63,594 bases of DNA, filler included, from Octopus bimaculoides (GCF_001194135.2; 6 parts of 6 records of this genome joined end to end with filler, not necessarily neighbours in it), one strand, 5' to 3'. Counted from the whole stretch's first letter, positions 1 to 12,416 are shown. Translations and numbers: made by a program. Notes: generated by a model from the letters alone, not told the origin.

Positions 1-191
1 CATATGGTTGATTTCCAGGATTTTTTCAAATGGAGATAATTGAGGCAACGTTAAATGAAGGCCTTTGCTCAAGAACACAACACAGCCCTGGATTCAGGTT
101 TCGAAATTATATTCTTATAATGATAAATGGAACATCCTAACCTGTAAGACACTCGCTTTCACATATTTTTTACATACAATGAACATACAAT

Positions 192-217
192 ACACACAGA
201 CACACACACACACACAG

Positions 218-252
<35 letters not shown>

Positions 253-264
253 CACACACGGCAG

Positions 265-297
<33 letters not shown>

Positions 298-320
298 CGG
301 CAGAAACACACGCACACACA
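192..320. repeat. Imperfect (CA)n microsatellite
   Basis: Direct CA/CACG runs; source of the HT/CV-repeat ORFs 65..412 and 115..372. Confidence 0.95.
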
Positions 321-1738
321 TGTGCATCCCGATCAGAGCTGTTTTGTTAAAATCTTCACACATCCATATCATTTCAGGTTTAACCTTATTGCCTTTTGAA
401 GGGATTTCTTAAACGGTAAACGTGAGAATGCATTTCACATGGTTATATGTTTGCATATTAGGTTTGGAAAAGTCATGAAATGTGCGCATAAATAGATACG
501 GAACCTGAGAATTTTGAGTCATCAACTATGTATCTTGTGGAATGTAAAGTTTAGGAGTTTAAACGAAGCTCATCTTGATCTCAGACCACGCCATGAACAC
601 GTGAATGTTTACAAGGATTTAACTGGTGAAGAGGAGACAATGACAAATCCAGAAAATATATTTACTAGTGTGACACAGACGCCATAAATAGACATAAAGT
701 AAAGACAGGATTGGGAGACTAAAATGAAGTATAAAATAGTGTGTCTAAGACAAAAAGAATAGACAAAAACGTTATATANNNNNNNNNNNNNNNNNNNNNN
801 NNNNNNNNNNNNNNNNNNNNNNNNNNNNNNNNNNNNNNNNNNNNNNNNNNNNNNNNNNNNNNNNNNNNNNNNNNNNNNNNNNNNNNNNNNNNNNNNNNNN
901 NNNNNNNNNNNNNNNNNNNNNNNNNNNNNNNNNNNNNNNNNNNNNNNNNNNNNNNNNNNNNNNNNNNNNNNNNNNNNNNNNNNNNNNNNNNNNNNNNNNN
1001 NNNNNNNNNNNNNNNNNNNNNNNNNNNNNNNNNNNNNNNNNNNNNNNNNNNNNNNNNNNNNNNNNNNNNNNNNNNNNNNNNNNNNNNNNNNNNNNNNNNN
1101 NNNNNNNNNNNNNNNNNNNNNNNNNNNNNNNNNNNNNNNNNNNNNNNNNNNNNNNNNNNNNNNNNNNNNNNNNNNNNNNNNNNNNNNNNNNNNNNNNNNN
1201 NNNNNNNNNNNNNNNNNNNNNNNNNNNNNNNNNNNNNNNNNNNNNNNNNNNNNNNNNNNNNNNNNNNNNNNNNNNNNNNNNNNNNNNNNNNNNNNNNNNN
1301 NNNNNNNNNNNNNNNNNNNNNNNNNNNNNNNNNNNNNNNNNNNNNNNNNNNNNNNNNNNNNNNNNNNNNNNNNNNNNNNNNNNNNNNNNNNNNNNNNNNN
1401 NNNNNNNNNNNNNNNNNNNNNNNNNNNNNNNNNNNNNNNNNNNNNNNNNNNNNNNNNNNNNNNNNNNNNNNNNNNNNNNNNNNNNNNNNNNNNNNNNNNN
1501 NNNNNNNNNNNNNNNNNNNNNNNNNNNNNNNNNNNNNNNNNNNNNNNNNNNNNNNNNNNNNNNNNNNNNNNNNNNNNNNNNNNNNNNNNNNNNNNCGCCG
1601 TGATCAACCAAATTTTATGAAATTCACCCTACTCTCATTATTGATGTGCTGAATCTCAATAGGTTTCTATAACACCAATTTAACACACACACACACTACC
1701 TACACACACATACAAACATACATACATACATACATACA

Positions 1739-1772
<34 letters not shown>

Positions 1773-2423
1773 CATGCATACATATATAGAGAGAATAACT
1801 AGAAGCAGTATACAGGAGACAATGTCCATTTTGTTTTAAATATATTGACAATGTAGTCAGTTTTATCTGCCCTCTCCTTCACAAACACTGTCACACATAC
1901 ATATATACATACGAATATACGTATGTGCTGGGGAAAATGTGTCATTGTATTTGTATGTTTGTGTGTGTGTATTCTCCGAGAAAACATTAGCTCGTATTAT
2001 TTATAACCAAACACAAGCTGTTATTAGAATCATTTAAATCTCTGTGGAGCCAAAAGTCTGGCTTTGTAGCTCGGTAAAAAATAATGAAAACTGAAATGCC
2101 CTGTTTCCTGCTATTATAATAGTAGAAGTAGTGAATTTGTTGTTGAATTTTATGATGATTATGAGAAGGTGGAGATGAAGTCTATAGAGATGTAGGAGAG
2201 GGATATCGATGATAAAATATAGGAGGAGGATGAACTCCATTTCAAAAGAATCGTTGTGTGTCAAATATTTACTAATACCATTGTTTCAGTTGTATAACAT
2301 TATCAATAGATCGATATGCCTAAGCAAAAAACAAAAGAAAAATTGTATCGCTTGTTTTAACAGTCTGTCTAGCATAATGTAGTAGTTGTTGTTGGTCGTT
2401 GCAGTGGTGGATGTGGCGGTGTT

Positions 2424-2436
2424 TTGCTGTTGTTGC

Positions 2437-2467
<31 letters not shown>

Positions 2468-2486
2468 GATGATGATGATGATGCTG

Positions 2487-2518
<32 letters not shown>

Positions 2519-2520
2519 GG
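2424..2520. repeat. Compound trinucleotide microsatellite (GTT)n/(GAT)n/(GGT)n
   Basis: Direct reading; produces the poly-L/poly-N/poly-Q ORFs. Confidence 0.9.
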
Positions 2521-3811
2521 TTTGTTTTTGTCTTATCGCTGCATTTCCACCTCTGCCTTCTGAACTGGTCATCATCTTACTATATATGCCTCACATCCTT
2601 TATCTGTCAATCTCACCAGCGTTATCTTTTTGTACATCGGAATTTGCGAATTGTTCCCACTCCAAGCACAACTGTTGTATTTTCTCTATCGCTTTCACAA
2701 AACATTATCATTTGTTGCCTCTATCTCAGCTAAACACACATGGACGTAAGAAACTGTTTTAATACTCTATCCAGATACAAGAAATAATGCAATTAAATCA
2801 ATGTAAAATAAAAATAACAATTATAAATGATGACAAAACTAAATAATAAATAATATAACGCATTAATGAACTAACTGTTTAACAACGAAGTAAAAAAATG
2901 ACAATATTATCATAATTTAACTGATTACAATTATATACAAAAAACATAAAACAATTACAAGAAAATCTTTGGAACATTAATAATTTCATGTGTCGAATAT
3001 ACAATCCGCTTTTCATTTTTGTCCATATTTCTTCAACTTGTTATTTCTTCTTCAATGCGAATTTGGGTTTTTTCTTTTCTTCATGCAAATAACAAAAAAA
3101 GAAAAAAAATAGAAAAACAGAAAATTTTCTGCAATTTGAATTTCTTTTGTTGTCTCAAAATTTTGTAGACATTTTCAATAATTGTGCCATACTTCTGGTT
3201 CAAATTATACAATTGATAATCACTATCGTATGAAAAAAAATACTCATTTTAGAAACAAACTACATTTTCCCTACAGTACCACACAATTATTAAAATTGTT
3301 TTATTAGCGTTGTTACTGTTGCTGTTCATTTAAATATTGTTTTTGTTATTGTTGGTGTTCATCATTTTGTTTTCCTTTTCAAAATAAAAGTAAAAACATA
3401 CTTTGTACTGTCTTCTTTGAAAACTACTTTAAAATAAATACTCTCAAAATGAAAATATGAAACAATTCATTTCAGAAGTTAGGAAATGTGTTTCCTCCAT
3501 AGATTAATTTGTTTCAGTATTTTAGTGCTTTTATTTCTTTTTTAATTATTAACTTTCATGTGTCCATTTTATGTTTTCTTCTCTTATTTCTACATCAATG
3601 TCCCTCATATTGGGAAAGCATCTTTAAATTCAAACATTTATCTCAATAGATGAAACTAAATAAAACATTACAAAATTTCACTTCATTTTCATTTCAAAGC
3701 ATACACATAACTGGCAAAGCTTTAGTAATCAATATCATAACTCAAGTAAACATTTGTATTTCCATCATTGCTGCATTTCATTTGATCTATTCTCTAAGTT
3801 AATTGTCCTCA

Positions 3812-3844
<33 letters not shown>

Positions 3845-3945
3845 NNNNNNNNNNNNNNNNNNNNNNNNNNNNNNNNNNNNNNNNNNNNNTATATATATGT
3901 TTGTGTGTGTGTGTGTGCGTGTGTATGTTTATGTGTGTGTGTAAT

Positions 3946-3976
<31 letters not shown>

Positions 3977-5494
3977 CTGTGGGTGTGTGTGTGTGTGTCT
4001 GTATGTATTTATATATATATACGTGCATACACACTTAATCACATAATATATACGTATATGTGTGTACTAATGTATGTATGTAATTATTCAATTTTATTTC
4101 AAGATTTCTTCCCAATAGAGAAAGAACCGGTTTCTAACTACATCCAGGTCTCCTTCGTTGGAATTTCAACATCAACAGAATATATTTGTCTGCATATTCA
4201 GAGTTACTTGGTCATTATGTATGCATACATGTATGCATGTATGTATGTATGTATATATGTATGTATGTATTTATATACGCATATGTATATGCACAAATAC
4301 TTTCGTGTGTGTAGTATAACTGGTGAAATGGAAATACATCACAACAAATCTGGTTTTGTTAAGGAAACGAATCTAGTAATGTTACGGAAACAATTCATAT
4401 TTCTGCAATCAGGCTGGACGTATAAATTACGGAAGAATTTGACTCATAGGCTCTGAATGAACGATGTGTAACTTTGATATGCTTATTCAAAATATGTCAT
4501 GCGTGTCACAATATATCTTGACAGAACTAAGTGAAACGTTTGCAGATCTAGCTTGGTCTCAAAATTTTGTGTCCCCGTAATAATTTTTGTATTTTAATAA
4601 ATATATTTTCGAAATATTTTTGGAGTCTGTGACAGCGTACACATATACGTACGCTGTTACATACGCATACAGCATGCACACAAATACACACACATACACA
4701 CACATGGCCGCTCAGAATACGCATATATGTATGTATGTTTATGTGTGCGGGTATGTGCGTATGTGTGGTGTGTCTTAAACGATGGCATCAGGGACAACGA
4801 GATGCGTTATGTACTGCAGAATTAATTTCTTAATTACTTTGAAGGACATTTTCACACCTTATGCCGGCGTGTGCTTCGTGAGAAGATGTCTGTGGGAGAA
4901 AGAGTGTCTATGTGTATGTGCGCATGTTTGTGTATGTTTATCTAGCAAGATATTTTACTCAAGGGACATCATCGTTGCTTTTGCAATTGAACGTGTTTAG
5001 GATGTAAACTTTTACATTGCGATGATCCTCGAGTAGCTGAGAGGATTTCAAGCTGAAACATCTCGCAAACTGCCGAGAATTTGTGAAAAATAAAAGAATG
5101 TGCGCGCGGGTGTGTGTGTGTGTGCATGTGTCTTATTTTTTTTTCTTGTAGTTGTCTCAGTCTTTGGTCTGCAGTCGCGCTGGGGCATCACCTTGAATCG
5201 TCTTGTCGAACAAATTGACACCAGTACTTATTATAGCAGTACTTATTCGTTAGAAAACATGGACGTAAAAAAACGAAGAGCGTTTGTCAAACGGTAGTAG
5301 ATGATACACACGAACATAAAAAAAAAGATAAACATAAACACATATATGCTTATATTTGTATCTGATGAGCTTCTTCAGTTTCCGTCTACCAAAGCAGAAA
5401 ACATTTGCCTCAGGAGCAGCGCTGTTAAACTGAAACCCTGAACTATGTGGTTGGAAAGCAAAAGTTTTGAGTAATTTTCACACGAACAGATAAA

Positions 5495-5540
<46 letters not shown>

Positions 5541-5545
<5 letters not shown>

Positions 5546-5753
5546 TAGTTTTATTTTTATAACGTGCTTTCACTTCACTACCGAGCGCAGCTCTGTGCGC
5601 CTTGGGTATGTGCTGTGGTTTGCTGTGGTGCTCTTATGTTTACTGTATTGAAAGTGTTTTGCGTAGAATGTGTGCAGTACCCAGTAGTGCAATTTTCTGT
5701 ATGTTATATATATTTGTAAGTCCTGGTGTTTTTGTTATGTATTTGTCTGAATA

Positions 5754-5760
<7 letters not shown>
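5541..5760 (-). mobile_element. 3' end (ORF C-terminus + 3'UTR) of an R4/Dong-like non-LTR retrotransposon, copy 1
   Basis: Minus strand reads YSDKYITKTPGLTNIYNIQKIALLGTAHILRKTLSIQ*, the typical C-terminus after the REL endonuclease of R4-clade LINEs. Followed by ~100 nt UTR and a (TAA)n tail (5495-5540); (TAT)n on the other side (5761-5825). Confidence 0.85.
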
Positions 5761-5824
<64 letters not shown>

Positions 5825-5825
5825 T

Positions 5826-6504
5826 ACAGGCATGGAAGTGCCGTCAGCCGGGCCTGCCCGAGGTGCGGCCAGAACGCTGAAACGTTTTGCACGCCCTAGT
5901 CCAGGTCCCGCTTATTGCTGACCAGTGGGTTTATGTTGAACACCTGCTGTCATGTTTAGAACGGTTCCGGCTATCAGCTGAAATCATTGTGAAGATTGCT
6001 CCGCCGAGCGTCTTTTGGCCGGGAGAGGAAGGCAATTTTTTTATTTTTCTAGTGGCTGTAGCGAAAGAGGTATTATGGTGGACCAGTCTGAAAGGGCACT
6101 TTCCTCTTTGACCAAGGCCTCATCAACTCTTTCAAGTTTCCATCGAAAAGGAAGTTGAGGGTGGAGAGGGAAGTGTTGTTTGTAGCAAGTTTTTTTGAAA
6201 GGTGGGTGAATGCTGGAAGAATGGCCAGTGTGAAAGGACCAGTTCTGAGCGTGCACCTATAAACAAAAGAAGGGCTCCTGCCCTGTTGCTCAGGCATCAG
6301 TGGCTTTTGTGGGTTCTTCCACGAGGTCCTTAAAGCCGCGCTATTGGGAGTTTTAAATTGTTTAATTTTTAATCGTTATATATATATATCGTTTACACGT
6401 TGGAAAATCCATTGTATCATCCTGTTTTTTTTTGTGTCGCTTAATGTAATTTTATGTAAGGCCTTGTGGCCAATAAACGAATTAAATATTATTATTATTA
6501 TTAT

Positions 6505-6505
<1 letters not shown>
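5826..6505 (+). mobile_element. 5'-truncated 3' end of a Tx1/L1-like LINE (degenerate ORF2 C-terminus)
   Basis: ACPRCGQNAET(frameshift)LHALVQVP zinc-knuckle remnant from 5852, then ...FLVAVAKEVLWWTSLKG... and ...RKLRVEREVL...RW; AATAAA at 6472-6477; (ATT)n tail 6487-6505. Higher GC than the flanks. Confidence 0.7.
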
Positions 6506-6558
<53 letters not shown>

Positions 6559-9500
6559 CATATACCAAAAGGCACAAGTATATGCGTATTTGTGTGTTAG
6601 AGTGCGTGTGTACGTTGCATGTATCATACATTTCTACCGAGGGGGTTGTTTTATGCTATTTCCCCCCTTGTTCCAATAAAACAAAACATCGATTTAAAAT
6701 TGGTATGTGGGTGTTTTACGCCGATTAGTGTGCTTTTCTTGTTGTTTTTACAACAATCTGATTATCTAAACTTGACAATAAAAGACAACGTTACAGAAAA
6801 AAAACTATCATTTTAAAAATGTTTTACTGTTTATATCATTCAGCGTCTGTCTAGTCAAAAAGTAGCTATTTAGCATAAACAAAAAATGGTATCTGGGTGT
6901 GACTGAATTTCATTTAAAAAAATAAGTCTTTCATATCTCATTTCAATTTATCAGTTTAGCATTACAAACTTCAACAATAATCAGGAAAAAATGAAAAACT
7001 ATTGTACATTAAATCTAGTGGTGTCATGTACTATGTACGATTTGCTATGTTTTTCATATGAACATGTTCAAGAATAACAAATTATCTACAATGCATTGCA
7101 AGGCGAACGAAAGAGGCGTACGGCACCGGTTTTACGATCAATTTAAAAACAAAAACAAAAAAAAATATATAAACTGCAGCTATAGTACTGATCTGAAAAT
7201 CTCTTTTAATCGGTACTTAGTAATGCTTTCAGCTTTCTTTTCATAAGTAGCCTACCGTAAGTAACAGCTTCTTTTTTCTTCTGTAATATTTCATGTTAAA
7301 TTAGCATTTGTATTGAAAAACAAAAAATATACGAGATAAAAGAACTATGTCGATATTGTTCTCTTCCAAATCTTTCTAGAGTACTATTACATGTCTTTAG
7401 CAATTGTGAGAAGTTGCCAGCAACTGAAATTTTTTCTCTGTAATAAATGGGTTTGTCTAGTCTGTAATTAGTTTTTGAAGAAAGAAATACTCTGATTTAA
7501 TTAAAGATTAGTTTACACATTGCTAATATTTATTGATATAATCTAGTATATTATTCTATTTGGTATGTTATTTTTCTACACGTATTTGTTGACCCAATTC
7601 AGCAACGTTATCAACCTTACCAATACTTACATATAGAGAAAGGATAACATCATATACCATTAGCGTGCCTGCAATTCTCACCATAGTTATTTAAAATTTT
7701 CTAAAACAAGAGTACTATCAAAAATCTATCATAAGATACAGCAGTACACTGCTTAATATACTGCATTATATTGCAGTCAACTCTACGTTTAGGTTTGATT
7801 TTTAAGTTACAAATTTGGGAGCCACAATAATTATACTGTGCAATATACGGGAATATTCTTATTGATTGTTCAGTAAATAAACCCTATTCTGCATACAAAA
7901 GAAAACATTTGCCACAAACAGGTTTTTCCATATTTGCAATACTACTTATATCTATTCTAGACTACATTTAAAGAATTGTTGATTGGTAAAAGTACACTTA
8001 CCAATAGTAACTAACATACATGTGTGTTAATTTCTTGTTGCGACTCCTTTATTGCTTCTTATAAAGATTCTACGACTAATCTTACTATATTTGCTTTACA
8101 AAATTGGTCCAAAATGTCGTTGTGAGAGACTCCAGTATCTGAGCCTTTACTACCAATGTTTTCCCTACGACACTAGCGTGTAGATTTTATAGTAAAACAT
8201 CGAAGCTATTGACCCTATTGATATACGAGAATCTAAGGAAGAGAATTAAACATTCTCTCTCTTCCTTTTTCGACGAAGAATAGAAAACACTCTAACAAAT
8301 AGTTTTTAAACAGCAAATGTATAGCCATTGATTGCTTCACGTTCACTGATACCACTACTAATGCAATTCACGCATAAACAACACTACAGTAACAACAGTT
8401 TCCATAAGGGCTAGTGTTATTACAAGACGACTAAAAGTAAATTTAAAACGATAATAAATACCATTATTTAAATCACTGGAATCATACCCCCTTTCTTCTG
8501 CATTCTCTGCAAAAATTTATATTGTTTTATCATGATCTCTTCCTTAACAGCTAGCATCTTCTCAATCAACAGGATATTGCATCAACTATAAGAAAGACAA
8601 ATTTTAGTTTTTAGTAACTTGCATTTAGAAGCATGTTTTATGCCCATCAGAAAGCATTTTCTTTCATTTTGACAGAACAAACATTATAATCAATAGTTAT
8701 TAGTGTGGTTTGAGTTTTTAAACTTCTCTTTGAATGTCTACTCTAAAATCAGTGAGTCGTTAAATGTTGCAATCTTATTCCTCATAAACTCTTCACAAAT
8801 TCTACCTCTTCACTTAATGGACACTTGAATGTATGCGCTTGAATGCATATANNNNNNNNNNNNNNNNNNNNNNNNNNNNNNNNNNNNNNNNNNNNNNNNN
8901 NNNNNNNNNNNNNNNNNNNNNNNNNNNNNNNNNNNNNNNNNNNNNNNNNNNNNNNNNNNNNNNNNNNNNNNNNNNNNNNNNNNNNNNNNNNNNNNNNNNN
9001 NNNNNNNNNNNNNNNNNNNNNNNNNNNNNNNNNNNNNNNNNNNNNNNNNNNNNNNNNNNNNNNNNNNNNNNNNNNNNNNNNNNNNNNNNNNNNNNNNNNN
9101 NNNNNNNNNNNNNNNNNNNNNNNNNNNNNNNNNNNNNNNNNNNNNNNNNNNNNNNNNNNNNNNNNNNNNNNNNATGCATACACACGCACAGATTCACACT
9201 AAATTGAAACATACACGTAAAGTGAATTAATCTTAGTGGATTCAAATGATTTTGTGTTAAGTCATAAATATATCATACCAAATTCTCCTAAGCAAAATAT
9301 ACTTATGTTCAAAATATATTTACTCATGCTTAGGAATGAATATTTTATACTCCGCGTTCTTGGCAGAAGGAGTTAGGTATTGAAGTGATGAAGTTTCTGA
9401 CCTAGTAGTTGTATTCAAGCGCCATTTAATTCAACTTTATGTCAAAAATTCACAAGTAACAGCTAAACAAAATTGTTAGTTATGTAGCGTAATCGTTTGA

Positions 9501-10257
9501 GCATGATGCATATTAATATATTTATAAATTCGCATATGTGTGGGTGTGTGTGTGTGTGTTTATAACCGCAATTTCATCTATATAAAGGTTTATATATTTA
9601 GATATATACATAACGTTCATAATTTCTATGGTGAAATATTGTAATGAGAAATGAGTGCATCTTACCTATTTAACGGATACTCCAGTCATAATAGTTACAT
9701 GTGTTTTACCTGTATTTTTCTGCTAGTAATATATTCTTGTATTCTAATCTTACCTCCTGACATTTACACTTCTAGTGCCATCTCGCAGAAGTCGCTCACT
9801 CTATCAGAAATGAAGTGCACATCGAAGCCTTTTACCTTTTCAATGGATTTATATTAGTTTCTAGATGTAATTAACCATTATTAACACAAAGTAAATTTCT
9901 TCGACTCGTGTCTCACAATCAATGTTGTATCTTTTATGTTTCATTTGTTTTTGTTATGAGACTGTGACCGTGTTTCCGCGCCCGCCTTGACTAATTTGTG
10001 AAAGAACCAACGTCAACGCTTATTTATTTACCCTCTTCTTCGAACCTCTAAGTTATATGGATGTAAACACACCAACACCGATATCTATGCGGTGGTGAGA
10101 GACAAACACAAGCATAAAAACGCACAACCACACAAACGCACACACACGCACAAACACACATACACACACACCCGCACGCAGATACGCACGCACACATACA
10201 CACAAACATACACATTATATGTGTATACACGCACACATTCACACATACATTCACACA

Positions 10258-10322
<65 letters not shown>

Positions 10323-10490
10323 NNNNNNNNNNNNNNNNNNNNNNNNNNNNNNNNNNNNNNNACAGATCCACGTTTGCGACGTTTCATTTTTTTTAATTGT
10401 TCTTTAGCTCTGGATCAAGAAAATGTTCAGCTCACTCGAAAAATACCTTGTTCAGTTTCGTTCCTTCCTCGTACTTAAATGTTAATCAAA

Positions 10491-10527
<37 letters not shown>

Positions 10528-10579
10528 ATTATTATTATTAATATTATTATTATTATTATTATCATTATTATTATTATTG

Positions 10580-10797
10580 TTCAGTAGTTTTATTTTCATA
10601 ACGTACTTTCACTTCACTACCGAGCGCAGCTCTGTGCGCCTTGGGTACGTGCTGTGGTTTGCTGAGGTGCTCTTATGTTTACTGTATTGAAAGTGTTTTG
10701 CGTAGAATGTGTGCAGTACCCAGTAGTGCAATTTTCTGTATGTTATATATATTTGTAAGTCCTGGTGTTTTTGTTATGTATTTGTCTGAATATTTTT
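10580..10797 (-). mobile_element. R4/Dong-like LINE 3' end, copy 2
   Basis: Near-identical to 5541-5760; flanked by (TTA)n on both sides. Confidence 0.85.
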
Positions 10798-10912
10798 ATT
10801 ATTATCATTATTATTGTTATTATTATTATTATCATTATCATTATTAGCAGTAGTAGCAGTAGAAGTAGTAGTAGTAGTAGTAGCAACAGCAGCGGTGGTG
10901 GTGGTGGTGGTG

Positions 10913-10978
<66 letters not shown>

Positions 10979-11114
10979 AAGAAGACACACAGTACCCAAT
11001 ATTGTGATGTTGGGAATTGAAGATATTGTGTGTACCAGAAGGGTTGTACTGTCTATGAAGTCACAAGGGCCTCAGACAAACAGTAATTTACGCAATACGC
11101 ATGCATTCCAAATA

Positions 11115-11250
11115 ATCCTTCGTTCTATAAGCACAATGCCTGAAATTCGGGGAGGGGATAATCGATTACATCGACTCCAGCGCATAACTGGTACTTATTT
11201 CATCGACCCTGAAAGGATGAAAGTCAATATTAACCTTGGCGGAATTTGAG
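11115..11250 (-). mobile_element. SINE fragment (family with 'gtcgactttgcctttcatcc' core)
   Basis: 'tacttatttcatcgaccctgaaaggatgaaagtcaa' matches the many other copies in the window. Confidence 0.65.
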
Positions 11251-11254
11251 TGTA

Positions 11255-11812
11255 TTCCAAGTATTGCCGATTGTTGCTATACACCAAGATTGTAAGATAT
11301 TTCTAAAGTTTCTAAATGTTTCTTCAGCTCCGATGACAAGAAGAATAACCTTTATGTTTGACTCTCGCAGCTTTCACATCTCAGCAGTTTCTATTCTCAG
11401 ATCTTTATATTTATTAATGTTTTCTGTTTCTTTCATGCTAATATCTTCGATTGCAAGGCACTTTATTTGTCCCTCCTAAAGGTCATGAATGCCGGCCTTC
11501 AATGCTAAAACAACTTCTCTGTTTGGAGGTCAAAGTAGCAGAAGATCATTGCCTTCCGTTTTACGTCCATTACTTTTCCCGCTATATGTTGATACCAAGC
11601 ACACGTTATCTCATATGAATACTTCCGGCATAGTGAAGTTTTGGGGCTACCTTGTTGTGTCTGCAATTGTACTCTTTCTATGCAAGATTTTAACAAGCAC
11701 TAACAATGTGAGTTAAGCTTTCGACCTTCCCCCACATATTCTGCAGGAATTCATTGCATTTGTATGGCCTGCATCTCTTTTTACTAAGTTGGTATTCAAT
11801 GTCTGATCTGTG
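11255..11812 (-). pseudogene. Degenerate R4/Dong-like LINE ORF fragment: CCHC knuckle + REL endonuclease
   Basis: Minus frames give NSCRICG..THIVSAC*NLA*KEYNCRHNKVA, WYQHIAGKVMDVKRKAMIFCYFDLQTEKL and KETENINKYKDLRIETAEM*KL...KVILLVIGA, with stops and frameshifts. Confidence 0.8.
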
Positions 11813-12030
11813 TGTCTTGGGTATGTGTTGTGGTTTGCTGTGATGCTCTATATGTTTTTGGTAATTTCTGGTGGGGAGGCATTGGTCTTGTGCAGCAATT
11901 AAAAATCCTTTAGTCTATGCTTTGAGTCCTGTGCTTCTCAACCATTGCTGGGATGTTTTTCTGAATATTTCTTTTGCATTTAGTTTAGCCCAGTATTTAC
12001 CATGTAGGGACATTTCTTGCCATCGTTTTA
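11813..12030 (-). mobile_element. R4/Dong-like LINE fragment, internally deleted (ORF segment fused to 3'UTR)
   Basis: Minus strand RWQEMSLHGKYWAKLNAKEIFRKTSQQWLRSTGLKA*TKGFLIAAQDQCLPTRNYQKHI, joined directly to the 3'UTR sequence AGAGCATCACAGCAAACCACAACACATACCCAAG. Confidence 0.85.
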
Positions 12031-12079
<49 letters not shown>

Positions 12080-12083
12080 GTTC

Positions 12084-12124
<41 letters not shown>

Positions 12125-12134
12125 GCTGTTGTTG

Positions 12135-12354
12135 TTCAGTAGTTTGATTTTTATAACGTGCTTTCACTTCACTACCGAGCGCCGCTCTGTGCACCTTGGG
12201 TATGTGCTGTGGTTTTCTGTGGTGCTCTTATGGTTACTGTATTGAAAGTGTTTTGCGTAGGATGTGTGCAGTGCCCAGTAGTGCAATTTTCTGCATGTTA
12301 TATATATTTGTAAGTCCTGGTGTTTTTGTTACGTATTCGTCTGAATATTTTTTT
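12135..12354 (-). mobile_element. R4/Dong-like LINE 3' end, copy 3
   Basis: Same ~220-bp sequence as copies 1 and 2 with a few more substitutions; tail is (CAA)n then (TAA)n. Confidence 0.85.
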
Positions 12355-12404
12355 ATTATANNNNNNNNNNNNNNNNNNNNNNNNNNNNNNNNNNNNNNNN
12401 NNNN

Positions 12405-12416
12405 TTAATTAATTAA
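12405..12416. other. Artificial scaffold linker TTAATTAATTAA in an N44-12-N44 (100 bp) gap; also at 40197-40208, 51457-51468, 58352-58363, 61792-61803
   Basis: Identical 12-mer with stops in all six frames, flanked by exactly 44 N on each side in all five cases. Confidence 0.95.

Noticed and set aside
65-412. HT/CV/YI/poly-L/poly-S ORFs throughout the window
   Set aside because: Translations of di-, tri- and tetranucleotide microsatellites.
623-691. Short + strand terminal-exon-like reading DLTGEEETMTNPENIFTSVTQTP*
   Set aside because: Weak acceptor and no upstream partner visible in the window.
609-1652. Long ORFs spanning N-gaps (also 8.8-9.2, 13.7-14.5, 21.2-21.9, 25.0-27.6, 28.8-29.4, 53.1-53.5, 56.3-57.1 kb)
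   Set aside because: Length comes from X residues; artefacts.
5602-5880. Recurrent ORF 'MGMCCGLLWCSYVYCIESVLRRMCAVPSSAIF...' (also 10641, 12196) resembling a Cys-rich peptide family
   Set aside because: It is the antisense reading of the R4-like LINE C-terminus and 3'UTR.
8488-8506. Minus-strand micro-exon 'ttttgcag|AGAATGCAGAAGAAAGGGG|gtatga'
   Set aside because: 19 nt, not frame-preserving, no other support.
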